This document shows positions 1 through 6,658 of a stretch of DNA of 33,490 nucleotides, in pieces. This DNA comes from Elusimicrobiota bacterium (GTDB lineage Bacteria; Elusimicrobiota; Elusimicrobia; UBA1565; UBA9628). The notes beneath the pieces are model-generated. The model did not search any database, was not told the DNA's origin, and saw only the letters and a list, made by a program, of their open reading frames with translations. The stretch spans positions 1 through 33,490 of the forward strand of contig JAGWRY010000432.1 in assembly GCA_028869495.1 (NCBI GenBank), read 5' to 3'. Both the position numbers and the translations under genes were made by a program. The first letter of the stretch is position 1. Each line of letters begins with the position of its first letter.

Positions 1-1
1 C

Positions 2-154
2 GACGCGGTCGCGCGCCTCGTCGCGGCCCGCGCGCCCGTCCGTCCCCAGTCCGGCTACGAGAGCGCGGTCCGGGAGTTCGACCCGGTGCAGTTCGCGCGC
101 GCGCGCGCGCTGGCCGCGGGCGGCCCGCCGCGGCGGGCCCCGGCGAAGAGGTAG
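2..154 (+). CDS. 3' end of an unidentified CDS (5' part lies outside the window)
   Basis: Frame 2 is open from the window edge to TAG at 152-154. Translation is DAVARLVAARAPVRPQSGYESAVREFDPVQFARARALAAGGPPRRAPAKR. Third codon positions are almost all G/C, as in the confident genes. No family recognised. Confidence 0.4.
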   Translation, partial: DAVARLVAARAPVRPQSGYESAVREFDPVQFARARALAAGGPPRRAPAKR

Positions 155-157
155 AAT
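152..157 (+). promoter_or_regulatory. -10-like hexamer TAGAAT, 6 nt upstream of the GTG start of the lhgO-like gene
   Basis: TAGAAT is a rare AT-rich hexamer in this GC-rich DNA, and the spacing to the start codon matches the other boxes listed below. It lacks the TGG prefix and overlaps the upstream stop codon, so support is weak. Confidence 0.2.
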
Positions 158-163
158 CGCCGC

Positions 164-1354
164 GTGGAGACCCGCGACTTCCTGGTGATCGGCGGCGGCG
201 TCGTCGGCCTGTCGATCGCGCGCGAGCTTAAAAAAAGGCGGCCGCGGGCCTCGGTCGCGCTGATCGACAAGGAGGACGCGCCCGGCCTGCACGCGAGCGG
301 GCGCAACAGCGGCGTCCTGCACGCGGGCTTCTACTACTCGGCCGACAGCCTGAAGGCGCGCTTCACGCGCGCGGGCAACCTCGCCTGGACCGAGTACTGC
401 CGCGAGCGGGGACTGCCGCTGAGGGCCTGCGGCAAGCTCGTCGTCGCCTCGCGCGAGGCCGAGGTCCCGGTCCTGGGCGAACTGCTCGACCGCGGCCGCG
501 CGAACGGCGTCCCGGTCGAGCTCGTCGACGAGAAGGCCGCGCGCGAGATCGAGCCGCGCGCGCGCACGCTCGGGCGCGCGCTGTGGTCGCCGAGCACGTC
601 GACGGTGGACCCTTCCGCCTGCGTCGCGGCGCTGGCCGAGGACGCGCGCCGCGACGGCGTCGACCTCCGCTGGCGGGCGGGCTACCTCGGCCTGCACGGG
701 CGAGAGGTGCGCACCGCGGCCGGGAGGTTCGAGGCCGGCTTCGTCGTCAACGCGGCCGGCCTCTACGCGGACGCGGTCGCGCGCGACTTCGGCTTCTCGC
801 GGCGCTGGCGGATCCTGCCTTTCAAGGGGCTCTATCTCTACTCCGACGAGCCGCCGGGGGCCTTCCGGACCCACGTCTACCCGGTGCCGGACCTGCGCAA
901 CCCGTTCCTCGGCGTGCACGTGACGGTCGCGGTGGACGGGCGCGCGAAGATCGGGCCGACGGCGATCCCGGCGCTGTGGCGCGAGAACTACGGCGGCCTG
1001 TCCGGCTTCTCGGCCGAGGAGCTGGCCGAGGTCGCTTGGCGCGTCGGCGGCCTGCTGTGGTCGTCCGGCTTCGCGTTCCGGCGCCTGGCGGCCGAGGAGG
1101 TCCTGAAGAACTCGCGCCGGGTCATGGTCCGCCTGGCCGCGCGCCTGGCCGACGGGCTGAAGACGTCCGACTTCCGGCGCTGGGGGCGGCCCGGCATCCG
1201 CGCCCAGCTGGTCGACGTCGAGACGCGGCGCCTGGCGCCGGACTTCGTGATCGAGGGCGACGCGCGCTCCCTGCACGTGCTCAACGCGGTCTCGCCGGGC
1301 TTCACCTGCGCCCTGCCCTTCGCCGCGCACGTCGCGGGCCTGATCGGCGTCTAG
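164..1354 (+). CDS. lhgO: FAD-dependent oxidoreductase, L-2-hydroxyglutarate oxidase/dehydrogenase (LhgO-like)
   Basis: 396-aa ORF with a GTG start. It has an N-terminal dinucleotide-binding motif (FLVIGGGVVGLSIAREL) followed by HASGRNSGVLHAGFYY, PFKGLYLY, YPVPDLRNPFLGVH and VLNAVSPGFTCALP. This layout is typical of LhgO/DAO-family enzymes. Confidence 0.8.
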   Translation: METRDFLVIGGGVVGLSIARELKKRRPRASVALIDKEDAPGLHASGRNSGVLHAGFYYSADSLKARFTRAGNLAWTEYCRERGLPLRACGKLVVASREAEVPVLGELLDRGRANGVPVELVDEKAAREIEPRARTLGRALWSPSTSTVDPSACVAALAEDARRDGVDLRWRAGYLGLHGREVRTAAGRFEAGFVVNAAGLYADAVARDFGFSRRWRILPFKGLYLYSDEPPGAFRTHVYPVPDLRNPFLGVHVTVAVDGRAKIGPTAIPALWRENYGGLSGFSAEELAEVAWRVGGLLWSSGFAFRRLAAEEVLKNSRRVMVRLAARLADGLKTSDFRRWGRPGIRAQLVDVETRRLAPDFVIEGDARSLHVLNAVSPGFTCALPFAAHVAGLIGV

Positions 1355-1779
1355 GCCTTCGAGGCGAACGAGAAGCGGCTGTGCGCGAGGTAGCCGGCGA
1401 CGATCGTGAACGGCAGGAACAGCCCCTGGGCCAGGATCGGGCCCAGCCCGGTGACGCGGACCAGCTGGGGGAGGGCGAAGGCGTTGACGACGAAGATCGC
1501 CCAGTAGACGGCCGAGAAGCGCAGGTACTCGCGCAGCAGCGCGAAGCCGGCCGTCTTGAACGTGAAGTGCTTGTGGGCCAGGTAGCCGTTCGTCGTCGCC
1601 AGGGCCTGCGCGGCGGCCAGCGCGTACAGGTAGTGGACGCCGACTTTTTGACCAAGATGGCAGAGGAGCGCGAAAGCGCCGTAGCCGAACGCGGTGTTCC
1701 ACAGGCCCACGGCGACGTAGCGGATCTTGCGCGCGTGCGCGGAGGCGAAGGCGCGGGCGCGGCGCGCGGACGGGGTCAC
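1351..1779 (-). CDS. GtrA-family membrane protein (polyisoprenyl-phosphate sugar flippase-like)
   Basis: The 290-aa track ORF was trimmed to the GTG at 1779, which forms a GTGA overlap with the stop of the upstream GT2 gene. The 142-aa product has four hydrophobic segments and a GtrA-like N-terminus (IRYVAVGLWNTAFGYGAFALL ... NGYLAHKHFTF). Confidence 0.75.
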   Translation of the reverse strand: MTPSARRARAFASAHARKIRYVAVGLWNTAFGYGAFALLCHLGQKVGVHYLYALAAAQALATTNGYLAHKHFTFKTAGFALLREYLRFSAVYWAIFVVNAFALPQLVRVTGLGPILAQGLFLPFTIVAGYLAHSRFSFASKA

Positions 1780-2705
1780 AGCAGGGAGCTCCGCCGGTCG
1801 AGGAAGAAGACCGGGCGCGCGGTGACGTTCTTGTAGGTGCGCGCGAGGTAGAGCGCGAGCATCGGGACGGTCAGAAGCAGGAAGACGAAGCCGAGGACGG
1901 AGGCCAGCGCCCCCGCCCCGACGAGGGAGAGGCGCAGGAGCGGGACCGCCAGCGCGTAGAGGGCGGCGAAGGCCGCCGACAGGTACAGCGCCGCGCGCAG
2001 GGGCAGCGTCGACGAGGACAGGAAGCCGCCGACCGCGAAGCGCGCCATCCCCCACAGGCCGTAGTGCGAGCGCCCGAGGCGCCGCTCGCGGCGGACGTAG
2101 TCCAGGCCGGACATGCGCAGGCCGACGTTGGCCAGCTCCGCGCGCAGGAACGGGAAGGTCGTCCTGTTGTCGAGGATCGCGTCGCGGACCTCGCGCGTGA
2201 ACATCGAGAACTCGGACATCCACAGGCGCGTCGGGCCGTCGGCGATCCGGCCGTTGATCTCGTAGAACAGCCGGCGCAGGAAGACCAGCCAGCGGGGCTC
2301 CGGGCGCTGGGAGCGGATGCCGTAGACGGTCGCGGCGCCCGCGGCGATCTCCTGGTGGAAGCGCGCGAGCATCTCCGGCGGCTCCTCGCCGTCGACGTCC
2401 ATGATCGCGTACAGGTCGGCGTCGGAGAGGGTCAGGCCCGCGACGAGCGCCGAATGGTAGCCGAACGGGCGCGAGAAGACGGCGGTCTTGACGCGCGGGT
2501 CGGCGGCGTTCAGCGCGCGGATCTCGCCCAGCGTGCCGTCGGCGCTCGCGTCGTCCACGTAGAGCAGGGTCCAGTCGACGGGCAGGCGGTCGAGGACGGC
2601 TTTGAGCTCCTCGTAGTGCGGACGGACGTTGGCCGCCTCGTCTCGGCAGGCGGAGACGACCGTCAGGCGGGGCCGCGCGCGCGCGCGCGCCGGGGCGTCG
2701 GTCAT
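1776..2705 (-). CDS. Family 2 glycosyltransferase, polyprenyl-phosphate sugar transferase type (GtrB/ArnC/DPM1-like)
   Basis: Trimmed to the ATG at 2705 (MTDAPARARARPRLTVVSACRDEAANV). It has the GT2 motifs LLYVDDASADGT and IMDVDGEEPPE, plus two C-terminal TM helices as in GtrB/ArnC. The start overlaps the upstream gene's stop by 4 nt. Confidence 0.85.
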   Translation of the reverse strand: MTDAPARARARPRLTVVSACRDEAANVRPHYEELKAVLDRLPVDWTLLYVDDASADGTLGEIRALNAADPRVKTAVFSRPFGYHSALVAGLTLSDADLYAIMDVDGEEPPEMLARFHQEIAAGAATVYGIRSQRPEPRWLVFLRRLFYEINGRIADGPTRLWMSEFSMFTREVRDAILDNRTTFPFLRAELANVGLRMSGLDYVRRERRLGRSHYGLWGMARFAVGGFLSSSTLPLRAALYLSAAFAALYALAVPLLRLSLVGAGALASVLGFVFLLLTVPMLALYLARTYKNVTARPVFFLDRRSSLL

Positions 2706-3460
2706 CGCCGGTCGGTCTTCGGCGCCGGCTGGAGCTTCGGGATCGGCTGGGGGGCTTCGGTGCCGCGCACGCCCTGTTTTTTGAGCCAGTACTCGAGCTT
2801 CGGCACCTGCCACTGGCGGTCGATCGGCCCGCCGCCGAGCTGTTCGAGCGGGCGCACGCGCTTGCCGAGGTAGGCGAGCGGCGGGGAGTCCGGCGTCAGG
2901 GCGTCGAGCACGCGCGGGCGCGCGACGACGGCGCCCCAGTCCGGGAACCACGGCGCCCCCGCGTCCTCGACGCAGGCGGCGTAGGGGGCCAACAGGCCGT
3001 CGGGGCCCTCGCGCATCGCGCGGCGCGGGTTCCAGCGGTCGTAGCGCGAGACGGTCGCGGCCGAGTCGAGCGCCGCGTCGTCGAGCATCGCCTGGACGCC
3101 CTCGTCGATCAGCGCGGAGCTGACGGCGCCGGTGTTCGCGAACAGGATCACGAGCAGCTCGAGCGGGATGTTCTCGGTCTTCAGGTCGTCGGCGACCTGC
3201 CGGTAGCCGTGCCGGATCAGGGCCTCGTCGCTGAGGCGCTCCTCGCCGGCGGCCTGCGGCGGCGTCAGGTTGACGGCGCCGAGCTGGGCGGCGACGCGCG
3301 CGACGGTCTGCGACGCGGACGAGACGAACAGGCGCCGCACGTAGCGCGCCCCCTTGGCGGCCAGCAGGGGATAGGCGGCCAGCGGGCGGCCGAGGACCTC
3401 GGCGGTCCCGCCCGGGAAGTCCGGCGCGTCGTCGGGGTCGACGAGGAGCGCGCAGATCAC
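2702..3460 (-). CDS. Nucleotidyltransferase-fold protein, CMP-sugar synthetase (acylneuraminate cytidylyltransferase)-like, divergent
   Basis: Only the C-terminal 252 aa of the 532-aa track ORF look protein-like. A GTG at 3460 gives a GTGA overlap with the GT4 stop. The overall pattern (GRPLAAYPLLAA ... VILFANTGAVSS ... ATVSRYDRWNP) resembles the CTP_transf_3 family, but the usual N-terminal Arg/Lys-rich PARxGSK loop is not evident. Confidence 0.5.
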   Translation of the reverse strand: MICALLVDPDDAPDFPGGTAEVLGRPLAAYPLLAAKGARYVRRLFVSSASQTVARVAAQLGAVNLTPPQAAGEERLSDEALIRHGYRQVADDLKTENIPLELLVILFANTGAVSSALIDEGVQAMLDDAALDSAATVSRYDRWNPRRAMREGPDGLLAPYAACVEDAGAPWFPDWGAVVARPRVLDALTPDSPPLAYLGKRVRPLEQLGGGPIDRQWQVPKLEYWLKKQGVRGTEAPQPIPKLQPAPKTDRR

Positions 3461-4431
3461 GCGGCGACCTCCAGCTCCTCGACGGCGTCGAGGGCCGCGG
3501 CGACGGTCGCGTCCCACGAGTGGCGCTCGACGGTGCGCACGCCCTCGGCGATCAGCTTCAGCGAAAGCCCCTGCGTCGACGAGAGGGTCGTGATCTGCTC
3601 GGCCAGCTGGCGCGCGTTGCCGGGCTCGTAGAGCAGGCCGTTGACGCCGTCCTTCACCAGTTCGGGCACCGAGCCGGAGGCGGCGCCGATCACCGGACAG
3701 CCCTCGCTCATCGCGTGCAGGGCCAGCGACGGGAAGCCCTGGCGGCCGGAGGGCTCGATGTAGGCCTTCGCGGCGCGCAGGTACTCCATCTTCTTCGGGT
3801 GCGGCAGGTCGCCGAGGAAGGTGACGCGCCCGCCCAGCATCAGCGCCTCGGCGCGGGCCTTCAGCGCCGGCAGGGCCGAGCCGTCGCCGAGCACGGCCAG
3901 GTGGCAGTCGAGGCGCAGGCTCGAGACCGCGTAGAGCACCGCCTCCAGCCCGGGCAGGGTCGCCTCGTCGATCAGCCCCGCGGTGACCAGGCCGAAGCCG
4001 GACGGGCGCGCCGCGCGCATCGTCACGAGCGCGATCTGCTGGGCGAAGATCTGGTCGTACGCGTACGACGCCACGCGGATGCGCGCCTCGTCGACGCCCC
4101 AGCCGGCGACGATCCCCTTCAGATACAGGCTCGGCACGAGCACGCGCTCGGAGGACTTCGCGTAGCGCTCGGCCTCGGCCCGCGCGGACTCGGGCGCGCC
4201 GACGTAGGAATCGATCAGGCGCAGGACGGCGGGGCGGCCGGCGGCCTTCGCGGCGTCGAGCGCCGCGGTCTGCAGGCTGTTGACGATCAGCGCGTCGCAC
4301 TCGGCGGGGCCGGCCGACGCGGGGCGGATCTCGCAGGCGTGGCCGCGCGCGGGCGCGCGCGCGGCGATCTCGCGGCAGAACGCGTCCTCGCCGTTCGGGG
4401 ACGACGGGTCCGGCACGAGGAGGAGCCTCAT
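3457..4431 (-). CDS. Family 4 (GT-B) glycosyltransferase
   Basis: Trimmed to the ATG at 4431 (MRLLLVPDPSS), which forms an ATGA overlap with the response-regulator stop. It carries the C-terminal GT1/GT4 signature EPSGRQGFPSLALHAMSEGCPVIGAASGSVPELVKDGVNGLLYEPGN. Confidence 0.85.
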   Translation of the reverse strand: MRLLLVPDPSSPNGEDAFCREIAARAPARGHACEIRPASAGPAECDALIVNSLQTAALDAAKAAGRPAVLRLIDSYVGAPESARAEAERYAKSSERVLVPSLYLKGIVAGWGVDEARIRVASYAYDQIFAQQIALVTMRAARPSGFGLVTAGLIDEATLPGLEAVLYAVSSLRLDCHLAVLGDGSALPALKARAEALMLGGRVTFLGDLPHPKKMEYLRAAKAYIEPSGRQGFPSLALHAMSEGCPVIGAASGSVPELVKDGVNGLLYEPGNARQLAEQITTLSSTQGLSLKLIAEGVRTVERHSWDATVAAALDAVEELEVAA

Positions 4432-4982
4432 CGCGAGAGGTCCGGGAAGTGCTTCTTCGCGCACTCGGGGCAGACGCCGTGGGAGAAGCGCGTCGCCGTC
4501 CGGTCCGACACGTACTCCTCGAGGTTCTGGTAGCCGCCCTTCTCGTCGCGGATGCGCCGGCAGTACGCGCACATCGGCAGGATGTCCTCGAGGACGCGCA
4601 CGCGCTCGTTGAGGCCGACGATGCGCTCGCCGACGCGCAGGCGCATGCGCAGGGCGTCGGGGTCCACCGGCTTGAGCAGGAAGTCGTCGACGCCGGCGTC
4701 CATCGCCTTCGCGTAGTTCGAGTCGCCGATGCGCTGGCCGGAGAGCAGGATGAAGTAGACGTAGGGGCGCGACGGGTCCGCGCGCACGCGGCGGCAGAGC
4801 TCGAGGCCGTCCATGTCGGGCATCACCCAGTCGCTGACGACGATCCGGCTGCCGGTCCGGCGCAGGTCGCGCCAGGCGTCGGCGCCGTTCGCGGACTCGA
4901 CGACCTCGTAGCCGAGCTTCCGGAGGGCGCCCCGCAGCAGCGCGAGGCTCGTCTGGTCGTCCTCGGCCACCAGGACTTTCAT
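4428..4982 (-). CDS. Response regulator: receiver domain plus a C-terminal CxxC...HxxCxxC module
   Basis: Trimmed to the ATG at 4982 (MKVLVAEDDQTS). Receiver residues EDD, the phospho-acceptor region VVSDWVMPDMDG, LLSG and LLKP are all present. The C-terminal 50 aa read ILPMCAYCRRIRDEKGGYQNLEEYVSDRTATRFSHGVCPECAKKHF. Confidence 0.85.
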   Translation of the reverse strand: MKVLVAEDDQTSLALLRGALRKLGYEVVESANGADAWRDLRRTGSRIVVSDWVMPDMDGLELCRRVRADPSRPYVYFILLSGQRIGDSNYAKAMDAGVDDFLLKPVDPDALRMRLRVGERIVGLNERVRVLEDILPMCAYCRRIRDEKGGYQNLEEYVSDRTATRFSHGVCPECAKKHFPDLSR

Positions 4983-5764
4983 TGGGGCGATTTTACCAAA
5001 TCGCTCGGCGCGCCGGGCGAAAGCCTGAGGAGGAACTCGACGTTCCCTTTCGGACCCCGCGCCGGCGACTCGACCAGGCCGCGCTCGGCCAGGCCCAGGG
5101 CGGCGGCGGCCGCGCGCACCTTGTCGACGGCGGCCCGGCGCGCCTCGGGGTCGCGCACGACGCCCTTCGGGGCCAGCTTGGGGCCGACCTCGAACTGGGG
5201 CTTGACCAGGACGATCAACTCGGCGGGAGGCGCGAGGCACGGAAGGATGAACGGCAGAACCTGCGTCAGAGAGATGAAGGACACGTCGGCGACGGCGAGG
5301 GTCGGGCGCGGATCGAACCATTCGGGACGCAGGAGTTTTGCGTGCGTCTGCTCCCGAGAGACGACTCTCGGATCGGCGCGAAGATCGGAGTCGAGCTGGG
5401 CGGTGCCGACGTCCACCGCGTAGACCTTCGCGGCGCCGGCTTTGAGCAGGCAGTCGGTGAAGCCCCCGGTCGAGGCGCCGACGTCGAGGCAGACGCGCCC
5501 CGCGACGGGGACCGCGAAGGCGTCGAGGGCGGCCTTCAGCTTCAGCCCGCCGCGCGAGACGTACGGGCAGGGGTCGGCCTTGAGCGCGAGCTCGGCGTCG
5601 ACCGGGACGGAGTCTCCCGCCTTCGCGGCCGGACGGCCGTCCACCAGCACGAGCCCGGCCATGACCGCGGCCGCGGCCTTCGAGCGGGTCTCGCAGAGGC
5701 CGCGTTCCACGAGCAGGAGGTCGAGGCGCGCGCGTTTCGTCACTTGCTCCGGGTATGATACCAT
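4979..5764 (-). CDS. tlyA: TlyA-family rRNA (cytidine-2'-O)-methyltransferase (S4 + FtsJ domains)
   Basis: The C-terminal 261 aa of the 577-aa track ORF contain an S4-like segment (RLDLLLVERGLCETRSKAAAAVMAGLVLVDG) and a SAM-binding motif (CLDVGASTGGFTDCLL). The start is either the ATG at 5764 or, more likely, the GTG at 5743 (see findings). The stop overlaps the next gene's ATG. Confidence 0.85.
   Translation of the reverse strand: MVSYPEQVTKRARLDLLLVERGLCETRSKAAAAVMAGLVLVDGRPAAKAGDSVPVDAELALKADPCPYVSRGGLKLKAALDAFAVPVAGRVCLDVGASTGGFTDCLLKAGAAKVYAVDVGTAQLDSDLRADPRVVSREQTHAKLLRPEWFDPRPTLAVADVSFISLTQVLPFILPCLAPPAELIVLVKPQFEVGPKLAPKGVVRDPEARRAAVDKVRAAAAALGLAERGLVESPARGPKGNVEFLLRLSPGAPSDLVKSPQ
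4990..4998 (-). promoter_or_regulatory. Extended -10-like box TGGTAAAAT, 7 nt upstream of the response-regulator ATG (inside the 3' end of tlyA)
   Basis: The minus strand reads GCGATTTGGTAAAATCGCCCCAATG. The box sits in the loop and 3' arm of a 7-bp inverted repeat (4987-5004). Confidence 0.3.
5755..5763 (-). promoter_or_regulatory. Extended -10-like box TGGTATCAT upstream of tlyA; a TATGAT hexamer lies face-to-face on the plus strand (5754-5759)
   Basis: The 12-nt gap between the annotated divergent starts holds the near-palindrome GGTATGATACC, which reads as a -10-like hexamer on both strands. Confidence 0.3.
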
Positions 5765-5776
5765 CACCGCGCCGAT

Positions 5777-6658
5777 ATGACCCGCCTGCTCGACTGCCGC
5801 GCGCTCGCCGCCCGCTACATGGATTGGGCCGCGCGCGAGGTCGCCGCGATGCGCCGGCCGCCGCGCCTGGCGACGGTGCTGTTCCGGCCGAAGCAGAACC
5901 CGGCCTCGCTGAAGTACCGCGACCTGATCCTGAAGGACGCGGCCCGCGTCGGCGCGCGCGTGGACGGCCACGAGGCGCAGGAGGAGGAGGAGCTGATCGC
6001 GCTGGTGCGGCGGCTCAACGCCGACCGCGCGGCGACGGGGATCATGCTTTTCTACCCGCTCTGCGCGGCGCTGCGCGACGAGGAGGTGATGGACCTCGTC
6101 TCGCCGCTGAAGGACGTCGAGGGCCTGCACTCGCTGAACCTCGGCTACCTGATCAAGCACAAGCGCTTCCTCGACGAGGCGCGCGGGATCAAGTGCGTGG
6201 TGCCGGCGACCGCGAAGGCGGTCGTCAAGCTCCTGCAGTCGCGCCCGGAGATCGCGCTCGACGGGGCCTTCGTCGCGGTCGTCAACAACTCGATGCGGGT
6301 GGGCAAGCCCTTGGGGCTGATGCTCGAGAACCTGGGCGCGACGGTCGTCAAGGGATGGCACAAGACGCCCCGCGAGGCGCTCGAGGAGGCGGTGCGGCGC
6401 GCCGACGTCGTCGTGACCGCGGTGCCCGACCCGGCCTTCCGGATCGACCCGTCGTGGATCAAGCCCGGGGCGGCCGTCGTCGACGTGTCGTTTTCGGGCA
6501 ACGTGGACGCGGCGGCCCTGCAGGGACGCGCGGCCTTCCTGACCGCGCCCGACAACCGCGTCGGCGCGATGACGCGGGCGATGACGTTCGTGAACCTCGT
6601 CTACTGCGCGAAGAACGCCCCCCTGCGCCGCGCGTCCCGTGTTCCCGTCCTGGGCTGA
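5777..6658 (+). CDS. FolD-like (methylene-THF dehydrogenase/cyclohydrolase fold) protein with degenerate catalytic and NAD(P) motifs
   Basis: The 293-aa ORF aligns without gaps, by eye, to FolD blocks: NPASLKY...VG, GIMLFYPLC (canonical GILVQLPLP), KDVEGLH (KDVDGFH), VAVVNNSMRVGKP (VVIGxSxIVGxP) and APDNRVGAMT (PVPGGVGPMT). Confidence 0.75.
   Translation: MTRLLDCRALAARYMDWAAREVAAMRRPPRLATVLFRPKQNPASLKYRDLILKDAARVGARVDGHEAQEEEELIALVRRLNADRAATGIMLFYPLCAALRDEEVMDLVSPLKDVEGLHSLNLGYLIKHKRFLDEARGIKCVVPATAKAVVKLLQSRPEIALDGAFVAVVNNSMRVGKPLGLMLENLGATVVKGWHKTPREALEEAVRRADVVVTAVPDPAFRIDPSWIKPGAAVVDVSFSGNVDAAALQGRAAFLTAPDNRVGAMTRAMTFVNLVYCAKNAPLRRASRVPVLG

Noticed and set aside
226-236. An A7 run (CTTAAAAAAAGG) inside lhgO, conspicuous in GC-rich DNA. 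I considered it as a possible frameshift or phase-variation site.
   Set aside because: In the zero frame it reads CTT AAA AAA AGG (Leu-Lys-Lys-Arg). It is not phased as an X_XXY_YYZ slippery heptamer. No downstream structure or alternative-frame product is evident.
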